Shown one piece after another: positions 55,651 through 64,000 of a stretch of DNA of 64,000 bases. The stretch lies in contig OY969927.1 in the NCBI GenBank assembly GCA_963704655.1, positions 768,001 to 832,000 of the forward strand, in the 5' to 3' direction. The position numbers and the translations under genes are program-made. A model generated the notes under the pieces. It was given only the letters and a program-made list of their open reading frames with translations. It was not told the DNA's origin and did no database searches. Numbering within the stretch: position 1 is the stretch's first letter; each line of letters begins with the position of its first letter. This DNA comes from an uncultured Candidatus Babeliaceae bacterium (GTDB lineage Bacteria; Babelota; Babeliae; Babelales; Babelaceae).

Positions 55651-56182
55651 TATAAAAAACATCACTCTTTCCGACAATACAGTTCTTACAATATCAAAAG
55701 CATCTATTGAAGATGCTTCTGATATTGTGAATTTTCTTAATGAAGTTGCTGGTGAAACGGATTTTTTAACATTCGGTTTTAATGATTTTTTTATCACACC
55801 AACTGAAGAAAAAAAAATAATCAAAAGTTGTTTAGAGAAAAATATATCACTCATGTTGGTAGGGAAACTAGATAATAACATTATTTCGCAACTATTTTTG
55901 CAACGTTCAGATAAAGCGCGATTGTGGCATTTTGGAGAAATAAACATAACGGTGAGCAAAGAACATTGGGGCAAATCAATAGGCCGACACATGTTAGCAG
56001 CTGCAATTGAATGGGCGCTAAATAACAATATTAGCAAACTGCAACTTCAAGTCCGCACAGATAATACACGTGCAATATCTTTATATCAAAAGTTAGGTTT
56101 TGTTATAGAAGGCAAAATTACTCGTTCTATCAAAATAAATAGTATCTACTTTAATGACTATATAATGGGTTTACAGCTTTAG
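55634..56182 (+). CDS. GNAT family N-acetyltransferase
   Basis: VSKEHWGKSIGRHML, LQVRTDNTRAISLYQKLGFVIEG. Confidence 0.92.
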   Translation: MMTNNNIKNITLSDNTVLTISKASIEDASDIVNFLNEVAGETDFLTFGFNDFFITPTEEKKIIKSCLEKNISLMLVGKLDNNIISQLFLQRSDKARLWHFGEINITVSKEHWGKSIGRHMLAAAIEWALNNNISKLQLQVRTDNTRAISLYQKLGFVIEGKITRSIKINSIYFNDYIMGLQL

Positions 56183-56196
56183 CTTAGACTAAACTT

Positions 56197-56904
56197 TTAT
56201 GAAACTAACCAATTAGTTTGCAACCATGAAAGGCGTTCGTGCGCTATATAATCCTGATTTCCTAACACAGCATCTTTAAGCCACGTAAAAGAACCTAAGC
56301 CTGTAACTCCACCAACGCCTGCAAGAACTGCAGCTGTACAAAAAAATTGCGCTGGATCAACAAATGGCAATTCCCAACAGCGACGTATATATCCAACACA
56401 TTCTTCTGCCTCAATCGTAGGGCACCAAAATCGTGGATAACGAATGTCGCAGATTTTGCATGTAGAGCCATGAAAAATATCTACTCTAAACCCTTCAGCT
56501 TCTAAAACTTGTTTTGCTTGCATAAAATTTTTTCTTTCATTTAAAAGGAGACTAAAAAGAAAAAATGCAACACTACTAGCAGCGACAGAATAAAGTGAGT
56601 ATTTTAAGGCATCTTGACGAGTTACCCTTTTTTTAGCTAACTCAGTGATTTCTTTTGCAAGAAATTCACATAGTTGATTATCAAAATCCTGAATTAAAAG
56701 ACCCTCTTGCGCAACACGCGTACGGGCATGATTTACAGCGTTCAGCAAAGCATCTTGGGCATGAGCATCATTAAGATCCCTATCACGGGCAATATGTATA
56801 AGCTCTTCCTGAAGACTATCTAAAATTACCGATAAATTTGTAGAATGAACCGGTAAATAAATTAAGCTAAAAAAAATCGCATACCAAAATAATTTAAATT
56901 TCAT
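56197..56904 (-). CDS. Hypothetical membrane protein
   Basis: Start placed at MKFKLF; signal peptide plus two hydrophobic segments. Confidence 0.6.
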   Translation of the reverse strand: MKFKLFWYAIFFSLIYLPVHSTNLSVILDSLQEELIHIARDRDLNDAHAQDALLNAVNHARTRVAQEGLLIQDFDNQLCEFLAKEITELAKKRVTRQDALKYSLYSVAASSVAFFLFSLLLNERKNFMQAKQVLEAEGFRVDIFHGSTCKICDIRYPRFWCPTIEAEECVGYIRRCWELPFVDPAQFFCTAAVLAGVGGVTGLGSFTWLKDAVLGNQDYIAHERLSWLQTNWLVS

Positions 56905-57100
56905 AAATAACTCGCAATAGTTCACTTTATATTTTTTAAATATACAGTAACAGATAAATAAGCTCAATGCATTTGTCAATTCACTTAAAAACCAATAGCG
57001 CATCATTGCCGTATCCTTGACTTATCAAACTATATACATGTATACAAACAATTAAGCTCGTTATTATTTTTTCAATAACAAAAAAATATGGAATAACACT

Positions 57101-58684
57101 ATGGTCTCTATAAAATATTTTTTTCTCGCCGCACTTAATAAAATTGTTGTTCTAAGTGCACTTATAGCATTTATGAAAATACCTGTGTTGGGTATGTACA
57201 GTTGTACCTATACCTGTACCACAAACCCATTAGCAGAAATCTATCCTAATCAAAATATGTGCGTATTACTTGATATGATACCGCCAGCATTAAAGGGGTT
57301 ATCCTACGCTATGTATCCCAACTGCGATATCTATAATACAAACCGCTTTGGGTTTAATAAACGGTTTAACTTTTTTCCAGAAGCTATTATAGTGCCCACA
57401 ACAGAAAACGAATTAATTTATACATTCACAACACTTGTTGCAAATGATTTGCCATTTTCTGTACGTTCGGGCGGCCACTGCTATGGCCCAGGGTCATTAT
57501 CAAATAACTATATTATTGATTTACGCAACTTTAATAGCATCATTACAAATACGCAAACCAGCCAAGTATATCTTGGTGCCGGCTGCAAATTAGGCAATGT
57601 TATTACCGCTTTAGGTAATATCAATTACGCTATTCCAACGGGAACATGTCCATCAGTTGGTGTAACTGGTTTATCACTTGGCGGTGGAATAGGCTACCTA
57701 GCGCGCCAATATGGTTTAACCTGTGACTCAATTGTAAATATCCGTCTTCTTACTGCCCAGGGTGATATTATAGTAGTTGATGCACAAAGTGACCCTGATT
57801 TATTTTGGGCATTATGCGGAGCGGGAGCAAACTCGTTTGGCATAGTTTTAGGATTTACCTTTAACATGTACTATATACCTGAAGTAAGTCTTGTTTCTTT
57901 GCGATGGGATTGGGACCCTGCACTTGCAGCACAAATTTTTAATGCATGGCAAGCATGGATAGCAACATTACCAGAATCTATAACATCTGAGTGTGCTCTT
58001 ACCTATAGAAACGGAAACTCACGGATCACAATCAATGCATTAAAAGTAGGATCAGAGCCATTAACAGAGTGGCAAAGTGTTTTCAGCCAATTTAATCCTA
58101 TGGTTGAGATTAACTACCAAGGCAACTATTTAAACGCTGCAAATAAAATCTCTTCAACGCCAACGCCACCTTTTTCAAAAGTAAAAACTAAATTTCTCTT
58201 TGAACCATTACCACAAGCCGGTCTTCAAGTACTAACCAATTTCTTCAGTCAATTACAACAGAACCCCTGCAATATCCGTGTAAACTTTATCTTTGGAGCA
58301 GCCTTGGGCGGGGCAATTTCACAACCTAATCCAAATAGTTCATATTTCCCACGTAATGCCTTTGCATATCTTTTTGAATTCGCCTATTGGTTCTATGAAA
58401 ATCAATCAGTTCAAACAATAAATTTACTCCGTCAAATTTATCTTGACCTTGAACCGTATACCTCACCATACAGCTATTCAAATTTAGTTGATTATGAACT
58501 TGGAGCAAGTTACTTAAATGCCTATTATGGAAGCAACGTTAACAGACTTATTCAAGTTAAAAATATATACGATCCAACCAATATCTTCACCTGGAAACAA
58601 GGCATACCGCTTACCTATATTCCACAATCAAATCTTAACCAAGTAATTCAACAAAAATATTGTCCGAGGTTTATTCCAATTTAA
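57101..58684 (+). CDS. Berberine-bridge-enzyme-like FAD oxidoreductase, exported
   Basis: VRSGGHC, GTCPSVGVTGLSLGGG, YGLTCD, DLFWALCGAG, YSNLVD, YYGSNVNRLIQVKNIYDPTNIF. Confidence 0.92.
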   Translation: MVSIKYFFLAALNKIVVLSALIAFMKIPVLGMYSCTYTCTTNPLAEIYPNQNMCVLLDMIPPALKGLSYAMYPNCDIYNTNRFGFNKRFNFFPEAIIVPTTENELIYTFTTLVANDLPFSVRSGGHCYGPGSLSNNYIIDLRNFNSIITNTQTSQVYLGAGCKLGNVITALGNINYAIPTGTCPSVGVTGLSLGGGIGYLARQYGLTCDSIVNIRLLTAQGDIIVVDAQSDPDLFWALCGAGANSFGIVLGFTFNMYYIPEVSLVSLRWDWDPALAAQIFNAWQAWIATLPESITSECALTYRNGNSRITINALKVGSEPLTEWQSVFSQFNPMVEINYQGNYLNAANKISSTPTPPFSKVKTKFLFEPLPQAGLQVLTNFFSQLQQNPCNIRVNFIFGAALGGAISQPNPNSSYFPRNAFAYLFEFAYWFYENQSVQTINLLRQIYLDLEPYTSPYSYSNLVDYELGASYLNAYYGSNVNRLIQVKNIYDPTNIFTWKQGIPLTYIPQSNLNQVIQQKYCPRFIPI

Positions 58685-58689
58685 GTAAC

Positions 58690-58726
58690 AAAAAAAAGAT
58701 CGCTCCAGTTGGAGCGATCTTTTTTT
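58690..58726. terminator. Bidirectional terminator between convergent genes
   Basis: AAAAAAAAGATCGCTCCA-GT-TGGAGCGATCTTTTTTT. Confidence 0.9.
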
Positions 58727-58746
58727 ATATAATTACTCTATAAATC

Positions 58747-60192
58747 TTAATAACTCAAGCCAAGTTTACCCCAAACAGACCATTGGGATAACGTATTACA
58801 ATCGGCAAACTCATAACCGCCGCCAAAGCCGATAAGAAATGGACAACAGACATCATTGTCATTATAAGAGACGGCGCCATAAATGCCATTAACGAGTGCT
58901 TGTGGCTGTGCGCCAGATGAAAAATTTAATAGCGTCGAAGGAGTAAACACCGCATCGCTGGGAGCAATGTTTGGGCCAATCGCAGATTCAGTGATATTTG
59001 CCATGCTCGCAGAAACTGGGTTGCTACTCACTGCACCAGCGATATCATATATTCCTGTATTTGGTGGAAATTGGTTATTACCACATATTTTATCGCAAGC
59101 GCGCCACCAAAGGTTATACCCAGCTTCTATATTCCATTGGCACACTTCATAATGCAATGCAAACCATAACTCGATCTGAGAACGTGGAGTTACCGTTACA
59201 GGAAACGTTGCCGTGTTAATGCCGGGCATTGAAAGACTCGTAGTATCACCATTCACCACCAATAAATAACGGGACCAATCGCCATTGGCACATAGATCAA
59301 ATGACCGTCTTTCACATCCAGAAAAAAGATAACGATATTTAGTATCAAGCATAAAGTTAAACTGCGAATAAGTATTTTTATAAAGTTTAAAATCGGCATT
59401 AATACCTACGCCAAATGCGCCATGCTTAGTACCTACCAATGGCTCAAAGATATATTTGGAAATTGGGCGATTACCCGTTGGTATAGAGCCAACAAGATAC
59501 AACCCGATATGACTTTGGTCATCACAAAAAAACCAATTGTCGCCTAATTTAAGTTGAATATCATCAACGCCGGTCTGTTTTAATGGGCAGGTACTAAATA
59601 ACCCTGCCGTCCATGCTGGGTTATTTAGTGCTTGTATACCGGTTGTAATCCCCGACACCGTTCCATATGCCATGTCACCTGTTAATGCTTCACAAACATT
59701 TAAACTATGCTTTGCTTGAAATGCTGCAAAAGATACAGACAACCAGATATTTCTCAAGAGCCAATGTGCATCTGGCAGCCAACGCGACATATCAAACCGC
59801 GCATAAAAATAACCACCAGTTGCCTTACGCACTGGTGCAATTGAAAGCATTGAACTAAAAAAAAGTCCCGGTGCAGCTGCAAGATTAAGCCATAAAGAAC
59901 CTACATTACCAGAGCCGTCCTCTTGAATATTTAAGTTACACGCATTTTGTGGCAAAAAATAACGGGCCATTGCGCTCGTATTATCTGATTGCGTATAAAA
60001 GGGTGTCACATAAAAAGAAAATCCTGTGCGATCATCATTCTCATGATGATAAATATGATAGTTATCTAACGCAAGTTCATACGTGGCATTATGAGTAATA
60101 GATCGTGGGATAAGAATAGAATGGCTCTGCGCGTAACTCGTACAAAAAAAGATGCTGGGTACTGCAAAAATTCCTGCATAAAAATGTTTCAT
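58747..60192 (-). CDS. Outer-membrane beta-barrel-like protein, paralog family member 4 (divergent)
   Basis: GVDDIQLKLG, IPTG, FEPLVGTKH, RRSFDL, WSRYL, GINT, EAGYN, WGKLGLSY; start placed at MKHFYAG. Confidence 0.72.
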   Translation of the reverse strand: MKHFYAGIFAVPSIFFCTSYAQSHSILIPRSITHNATYELALDNYHIYHHENDDRTGFSFYVTPFYTQSDNTSAMARYFLPQNACNLNIQEDGSGNVGSLWLNLAAAPGLFFSSMLSIAPVRKATGGYFYARFDMSRWLPDAHWLLRNIWLSVSFAAFQAKHSLNVCEALTGDMAYGTVSGITTGIQALNNPAWTAGLFSTCPLKQTGVDDIQLKLGDNWFFCDDQSHIGLYLVGSIPTGNRPISKYIFEPLVGTKHGAFGVGINADFKLYKNTYSQFNFMLDTKYRYLFSGCERRSFDLCANGDWSRYLLVVNGDTTSLSMPGINTATFPVTVTPRSQIELWFALHYEVCQWNIEAGYNLWWRACDKICGNNQFPPNTGIYDIAGAVSSNPVSASMANITESAIGPNIAPSDAVFTPSTLLNFSSGAQPQALVNGIYGAVSYNDNDVCCPFLIGFGGGYEFADCNTLSQWSVWGKLGLSY

Positions 60193-60297
60193 AATTTTTT
60201 TTCCCTTTGAAAAAACATATACATTCTTAGTGCAACGTAGCATAAGCAACAAAAAAATCACAAGAACCATCAATTAGAATTTGATAAATCTGGGCAT

Positions 60298-60328
60298 AAA
60301 AAAAGGGGGCAGAATTTTGCCCCCTTTT
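60298..60328 (-). terminator. Rho-independent terminator
   Basis: AAAAAAAGGGGGCAG-AAT-TTTGCCCCCTTTT. Confidence 0.85.
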
Positions 60329-60353
60329 AATTACTTATTATATATTTTGAGAA

Positions 60354-60701
60354 TTACTCACTCTCTTGCTCGTCGCTACATTCTTCTGAAGTAGTAATTA
60401 CACCCGCAAATGCTGCAAGATTTTCTGCACCAATTAACGCTTGTAACGCATCTATAGAAGCTTGGTCAACAGGATCTCCAGAAGTATCGGCTTTTATACC
60501 ATTAATAACCTCATTGAGAGCTGCATCAGCTGCTGCCGGGGTTGAATCAATACTACCATTAATAATGTCGCGCAAACATGCTTGATCATTTTCTTCAAGT
60601 TTTCCTTCAAGATAATTATTAAACCAATCTTGTGGTGCAATAGCTTGTAATGCTGACGCTGATAAAACAGCAGCAGCAATTATTAATACATTATTTTTCA
60701 T
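60354..60701 (-). CDS. Small secreted acidic protein
   Basis: RBS AAGGA; signal peptide (LQA); D/E-rich. Confidence 0.72.
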   Translation of the reverse strand: MKNNVLIIAAAVLSASALQAIAPQDWFNNYLEGKLEENDQACLRDIINGSIDSTPAAADAALNEVINGIKADTSGDPVDQASIDALQALIGAENLAAFAGVITTSEECSDEQESE

Positions 60702-60734
60702 ATTATTTTCCTTTTTTTACTTTAAATTAGTTAA

Positions 60735-61046
60735 TTATTTAGCAGGTTTGACTACAGGTTTTGATGGTATTGCAGCACCAGATCGAGCTCCACGCCATTC
60801 TCCTTGACCTTTTTTGCCGCGCCATCCCTGTTTTCCGCCTTTTTCTTGTGGTGCGTTAGCTCTATGATAACTACGTAATCCACGTCCTTGACGTTTGCCG
60901 CCTTTATAACCACGACCTTCACGTGATTGCTCGCCTTGACGAGATTCACCACGTTTACCGCCGCGACCATCTGCCATTAAACTATATTCAGTTGACAATG
61001 CAAGGCCTAAACCAAGCGCCAACAGAAGAATTCTCTTATATTCCAT
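60735..61046 (-). CDS. Small secreted Gly/Arg/Lys-rich basic protein
   Basis: RBS GGGAG; signal peptide; repeated GRGG/GGK/QGR motifs. Confidence 0.68.
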   Translation of the reverse strand: MEYKRILLLALGLGLALSTEYSLMADGRGGKRGESRQGEQSREGRGYKGGKRQGRGLRSYHRANAPQEKGGKQGWRGKKGQGEWRGARSGAAIPSKPVVKPAK

Positions 61047-61176
61047 AAAAAACTCCCTATTTTTTGGTTATTTTACACTATATTTATATATATAAGCGTA
61101 CAACTTTTTGACCAAAAAAAGCAAGATATTGAGGTTTTTAGCCTCAATATCTTGAAAAAACAGGAGATTATTAACG

Positions 61177-63057
61177 TTAAAAAAGAAATACAAAACCAAG
61201 TTTTAAGGTATTTGCGACAAAGTTTTTTCGAATTTCTGCATCGTAGCGGCCAAATGTGGTAAATCCATGAGCGCATTGCACATCAAGACTGGCTCCCACA
61301 ATCCCGCGATTTCCAATGGCATATTTAGCATTCACAGCAAAACAACCATCTAGGTCCTGAAGTCTGGCCATAATAACACGGTTATCCAATGCAACATCAC
61401 ATGCCCATGCCGCATGAATATTTGGCACCAAACAAACACGTGGCAGTTCAAAAGAACCCATGAATTCAGCGCCCACATACGCACGAAGCGTACCGGCCTT
61501 AAATTCACCAACTACTAAATCTAAACTGTCTGCGCCATACTCTTGAAAAGGCTTTTGCGTATTTGCAAAATAAGAAACCCGTGCCAACGGGATAAAAGAC
61601 CAATTGTTATGTTCAAGATCAAAACCAACTTGCACACGTGCTTCAAGATCGTTACCTTTTTGATTACTGTGTGCACAACGATAGAGTCCAGAAAAACTGT
61701 CAATCGCATTAAACACTATAGAGCGCCGCGCTGAACCCCAACGCCAGCCACCGCTGAGTACGCCATCAATAAAAAAACATGATGGAGCATAATGCATGTA
61801 AGCACCAAGCTTAAGATCCCCATCGAGTGCGCTGCCACCACCATTGTCCCACTTAATGGAATCATACAAACCACCTACAGCGGCACCAACTGTCAGATTA
61901 TTACAAGGTTGCCAATCAGCAGCACATACGATACCGCCAGTGCTATAATCAAAACCTGAAAGACAATGTTGTTTTTTATTCTCACCACATTCGCCTATGC
62001 CATAAATCCAAAGGCGCGGCCAAAGGCGCGGCGCACCACTGCAGCCTCCGCAACAAGAATCGTCACCGCAGCAACAGGTATACATATGCTGTTCCAACAA
62101 TGCATTACTAAAAAGAAGCCCACTGCGCATGGCAACAAACAAAAGGGCCTCGTATCTATCGGGGCTCATGCTACGCAAAGCTTGACGGAAATAACAGGTA
62201 TATAAATCTTGATTTGTATTAACTGCGGGGTTGTTCCAATTCAGATAATCAAGATCGGTATACACTGTGTATAAATCGCTATACGTTACAGGAATAAATT
62301 GGTCCAAGTAGTTAGCAACCTGCTGCGCATTTCCACTGCCTGCCATCGGTTCATAAAGCAATGCCTGCACACCTATAGGTTGATCGTGATAACGGTTGCC
62401 CAAGGCATAAATATAATCGGGAAAATAATCTGTACCATTAAAATCTGCAATTACGCGAACCTGCTCTGCGCCTCCAAATCCCCAATAAAAGCCAGGCGGT
62501 GGCGTTCCTGTCCAAATAGGCCCAGCAATTCCTGTCCATAGCCCATATTTTGGACCTAATTGTTGGTCAGTAGTCGGTGAAATAGGAATATCAACGCTCA
62601 CAATAGTATCTGGAACAGTGGGCAAAGCAAAACGGTCCCGAAGCTGTGCAGCGGTTAGTCCACGCACATCCTGAGAATACATCATCCATGCGCCATTCTT
62701 GGTACTGCCTGCGGCAGCAGTATATACACGCACAAGATGCACCATATTTGGGTTTATTTGAGTAATCTGGGTACCATTGTCAAATGGGTCTGTCACTCCA
62801 GGAATCTCATTTGTGTCCCATTGAGCACAGATATAATTTACACCCGCAACTGGAGTAGGTGCCGGGGGAAGTACAGGAGGCGGTGTGCCATTTGCGGTCC
62901 ATAATCTGGCTAAATAACCAGGGGGCTGCACTAAATCTTGCCACGGCTCGGCCAATACCTGAGTAGAAAACAGCAACCCACCAATTGCAATGAGCACTAC
63001 AGCAACAGGAAAAAATACTGCTGCTATAAGAAGTCTCATGTTTTTGAAATTCGTCAT
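61177..63057 (-). CDS. Autotransporter (type Va) with a short toxin-like passenger
   Basis: N-terminal signal/TM, helical linker (ALRSMSPDRY), barrel motifs RLWIYGIG, GFDYSTGG, FQEYGADSLDL, terminal Phe. Confidence 0.82.
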   Translation of the reverse strand: MTNFKNMRLLIAAVFFPVAVVLIAIGGLLFSTQVLAEPWQDLVQPPGYLARLWTANGTPPPVLPPAPTPVAGVNYICAQWDTNEIPGVTDPFDNGTQITQINPNMVHLVRVYTAAAGSTKNGAWMMYSQDVRGLTAAQLRDRFALPTVPDTIVSVDIPISPTTDQQLGPKYGLWTGIAGPIWTGTPPPGFYWGFGGAEQVRVIADFNGTDYFPDYIYALGNRYHDQPIGVQALLYEPMAGSGNAQQVANYLDQFIPVTYSDLYTVYTDLDYLNWNNPAVNTNQDLYTCYFRQALRSMSPDRYEALLFVAMRSGLLFSNALLEQHMYTCCCGDDSCCGGCSGAPRLWPRLWIYGIGECGENKKQHCLSGFDYSTGGIVCAADWQPCNNLTVGAAVGGLYDSIKWDNGGGSALDGDLKLGAYMHYAPSCFFIDGVLSGGWRWGSARRSIVFNAIDSFSGLYRCAHSNQKGNDLEARVQVGFDLEHNNWSFIPLARVSYFANTQKPFQEYGADSLDLVVGEFKAGTLRAYVGAEFMGSFELPRVCLVPNIHAAWACDVALDNRVIMARLQDLDGCFAVNAKYAIGNRGIVGASLDVQCAHGFTTFGRYDAEIRKNFVANTLKLGFVFLF

Positions 63058-63449
63058 CGTGCATTCAAATTAGGGATTTTTTGTGCAAGCAAGTTATTGT
63101 ACGCCTTTATTAAAGCGCGTCTATCGGCTCGAAGATCCGCAGCTGACGCTTCAAGGTCTTTTGACTTAGATTTTGCTTTTCCGCAAGATGCGATACAGTC
63201 TTGCACATCGGCAATTAACTGGTCATGCCTTTTTTCCATAGCATCAATCTGGTCACAAAAGTCGCCACAAAATGTCGCTAAATCTTGTTTTGCGTCTTTG
63301 CTCAAAGATTTGAGTGAGTTCCTCATTTCTTGAAACGCCCTTTTGCTGCTTGTAAGTTCGGTTTGAATCTCTTGTAGCCCAGCTGCACTTATCGATAAGC
63401 ACAACATGGCAACGTTCATTACTAGAAAATAATATACTGAAATTTTCAT
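63054..63449 (-). CDS. Small secreted coiled-coil protein, translationally coupled to the autotransporter
   Basis: Signal peptide; ATGA overlap with the autotransporter start. Confidence 0.68.
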   Translation of the reverse strand: MKISVYYFLVMNVAMLCLSISAAGLQEIQTELTSSKRAFQEMRNSLKSLSKDAKQDLATFCGDFCDQIDAMEKRHDQLIADVQDCIASCGKAKSKSKDLEASAADLRADRRALIKAYNNLLAQKIPNLNAR

Positions 63450-63562
63450 GAATTTTTCTCCCGCTTGAGCTCAATTGCTCAATGTTAATTTATACTGGTT
63501 TTATAAAACCTTAAAAGTATATCTCTTGTCAAGATTGTTATTAAAAGTAGTTATAAATTAAG

Positions 63563-64000
63563 CTAACTATTACTTGAACAATATTTAGTAAATATAGCCC
63601 GGACTATGGGACTTGCATCACACCCAATATTTACCTGAAAATCGTTAACGGTACCATCACCAAAATTGGGAACCAACGCGTACAAGCTCCCCTTTAAAAT
63701 AGGTGAAAATGCAACACCGTCAGAATTTACGCCTGTTGCAAATGGTGAACCAGGAATTTCTACAAAAGTACCGGAATTCGGGTCAACCTGATAAACATTC
63801 ACAGAACCTGTGGCGGATTTTGGCGATACTGGGATATACACTTTTACCGTATCGCCATAAAAGTTAGAAACCGCAGCAAGTAACGTGCCATAAACAAATG
63901 GTGAGTACGCAACTGTATTTGGTGAAGAACCCGCATCAACTGGAGATTGCGGAATTTCACTAAAATACCCAGTATCTTGATCAACTAAGTATATAGAGAC
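63563..64000 (-). CDS. 3' part of a lactonase-like beta-propeller repeat protein (5' end outside the window)
   Basis: Frame open to 64000; repeats VSIYLVDQDTGYFSEIPQSP..G..P..VAYSP and VNVYQVDPNSGTFVEIPGSPFATG....VAFSP. Confidence 0.75.
   Translation of the reverse strand, partial: VSIYLVDQDTGYFSEIPQSPVDAGSSPNTVAYSPFVYGTLLAAVSNFYGDTVKVYIPVSPKSATGSVNVYQVDPNSGTFVEIPGSPFATGVNSDGVAFSPILKGSLYALVPNFGDGTVNDFQVNIGCDASPIVRAIFTKYCSSNS

Overview
AT-rich bacterial chromosomal segment. The gene content (many Sec-signal orphan proteins, an expanded Cys-containing outer-membrane beta-barrel family, ankyrin repeats, a Chlamydia-type tgt/yhhQ pair, archaeal-type ValRS) suggests a protist-associated intracellular bacterium, probably Candidatus Babelota/Dependentiae (TM6); this assignment is inference. 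Housekeeping genes (gspE, tgt, yhhQ, cdsA, yraN, bamD, TrmH-family methylase, APC permease, mraY, valS, ybeY, hisS, galE, groEL/groES, rpe) are interleaved with lineage-specific secreted proteins. Highlights: (1) A palindromic repeat family with a TGAG...CGAA core has inserted in-frame into valS and hisS (33 nt identical, both read LTLRQAQDER), supplies the galE stop codon and forms nested intergenic arrays. (2) Two cassettes pair beta-barrel genes with Pro/Ala-rich secreted proteins that share an N-terminal domain; one protein has tandem WH2-like motifs. (3) An autotransporter has a passenger resembling TNT/Tse6-type NADases. (4) One ORF fuses a signal peptide, ankyrin repeats, an ALDH-like domain and a nucleotidyltransferase domain. 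(5) A 1993-aa secreted tail-fibre-like protein has four ~0.9-kb repeats and a peptidase S74 chaperone. (6) Two unrelated exported proteins share a C-terminal SxhxxhIxxKYC motif. (7) A HEPN toxin gene is interrupted by one in-frame stop beside an intact MNT antitoxin. No rRNA, tRNA, CRISPR array or transposase was recognised. All homology calls were made by eye from motifs; no searches were run.
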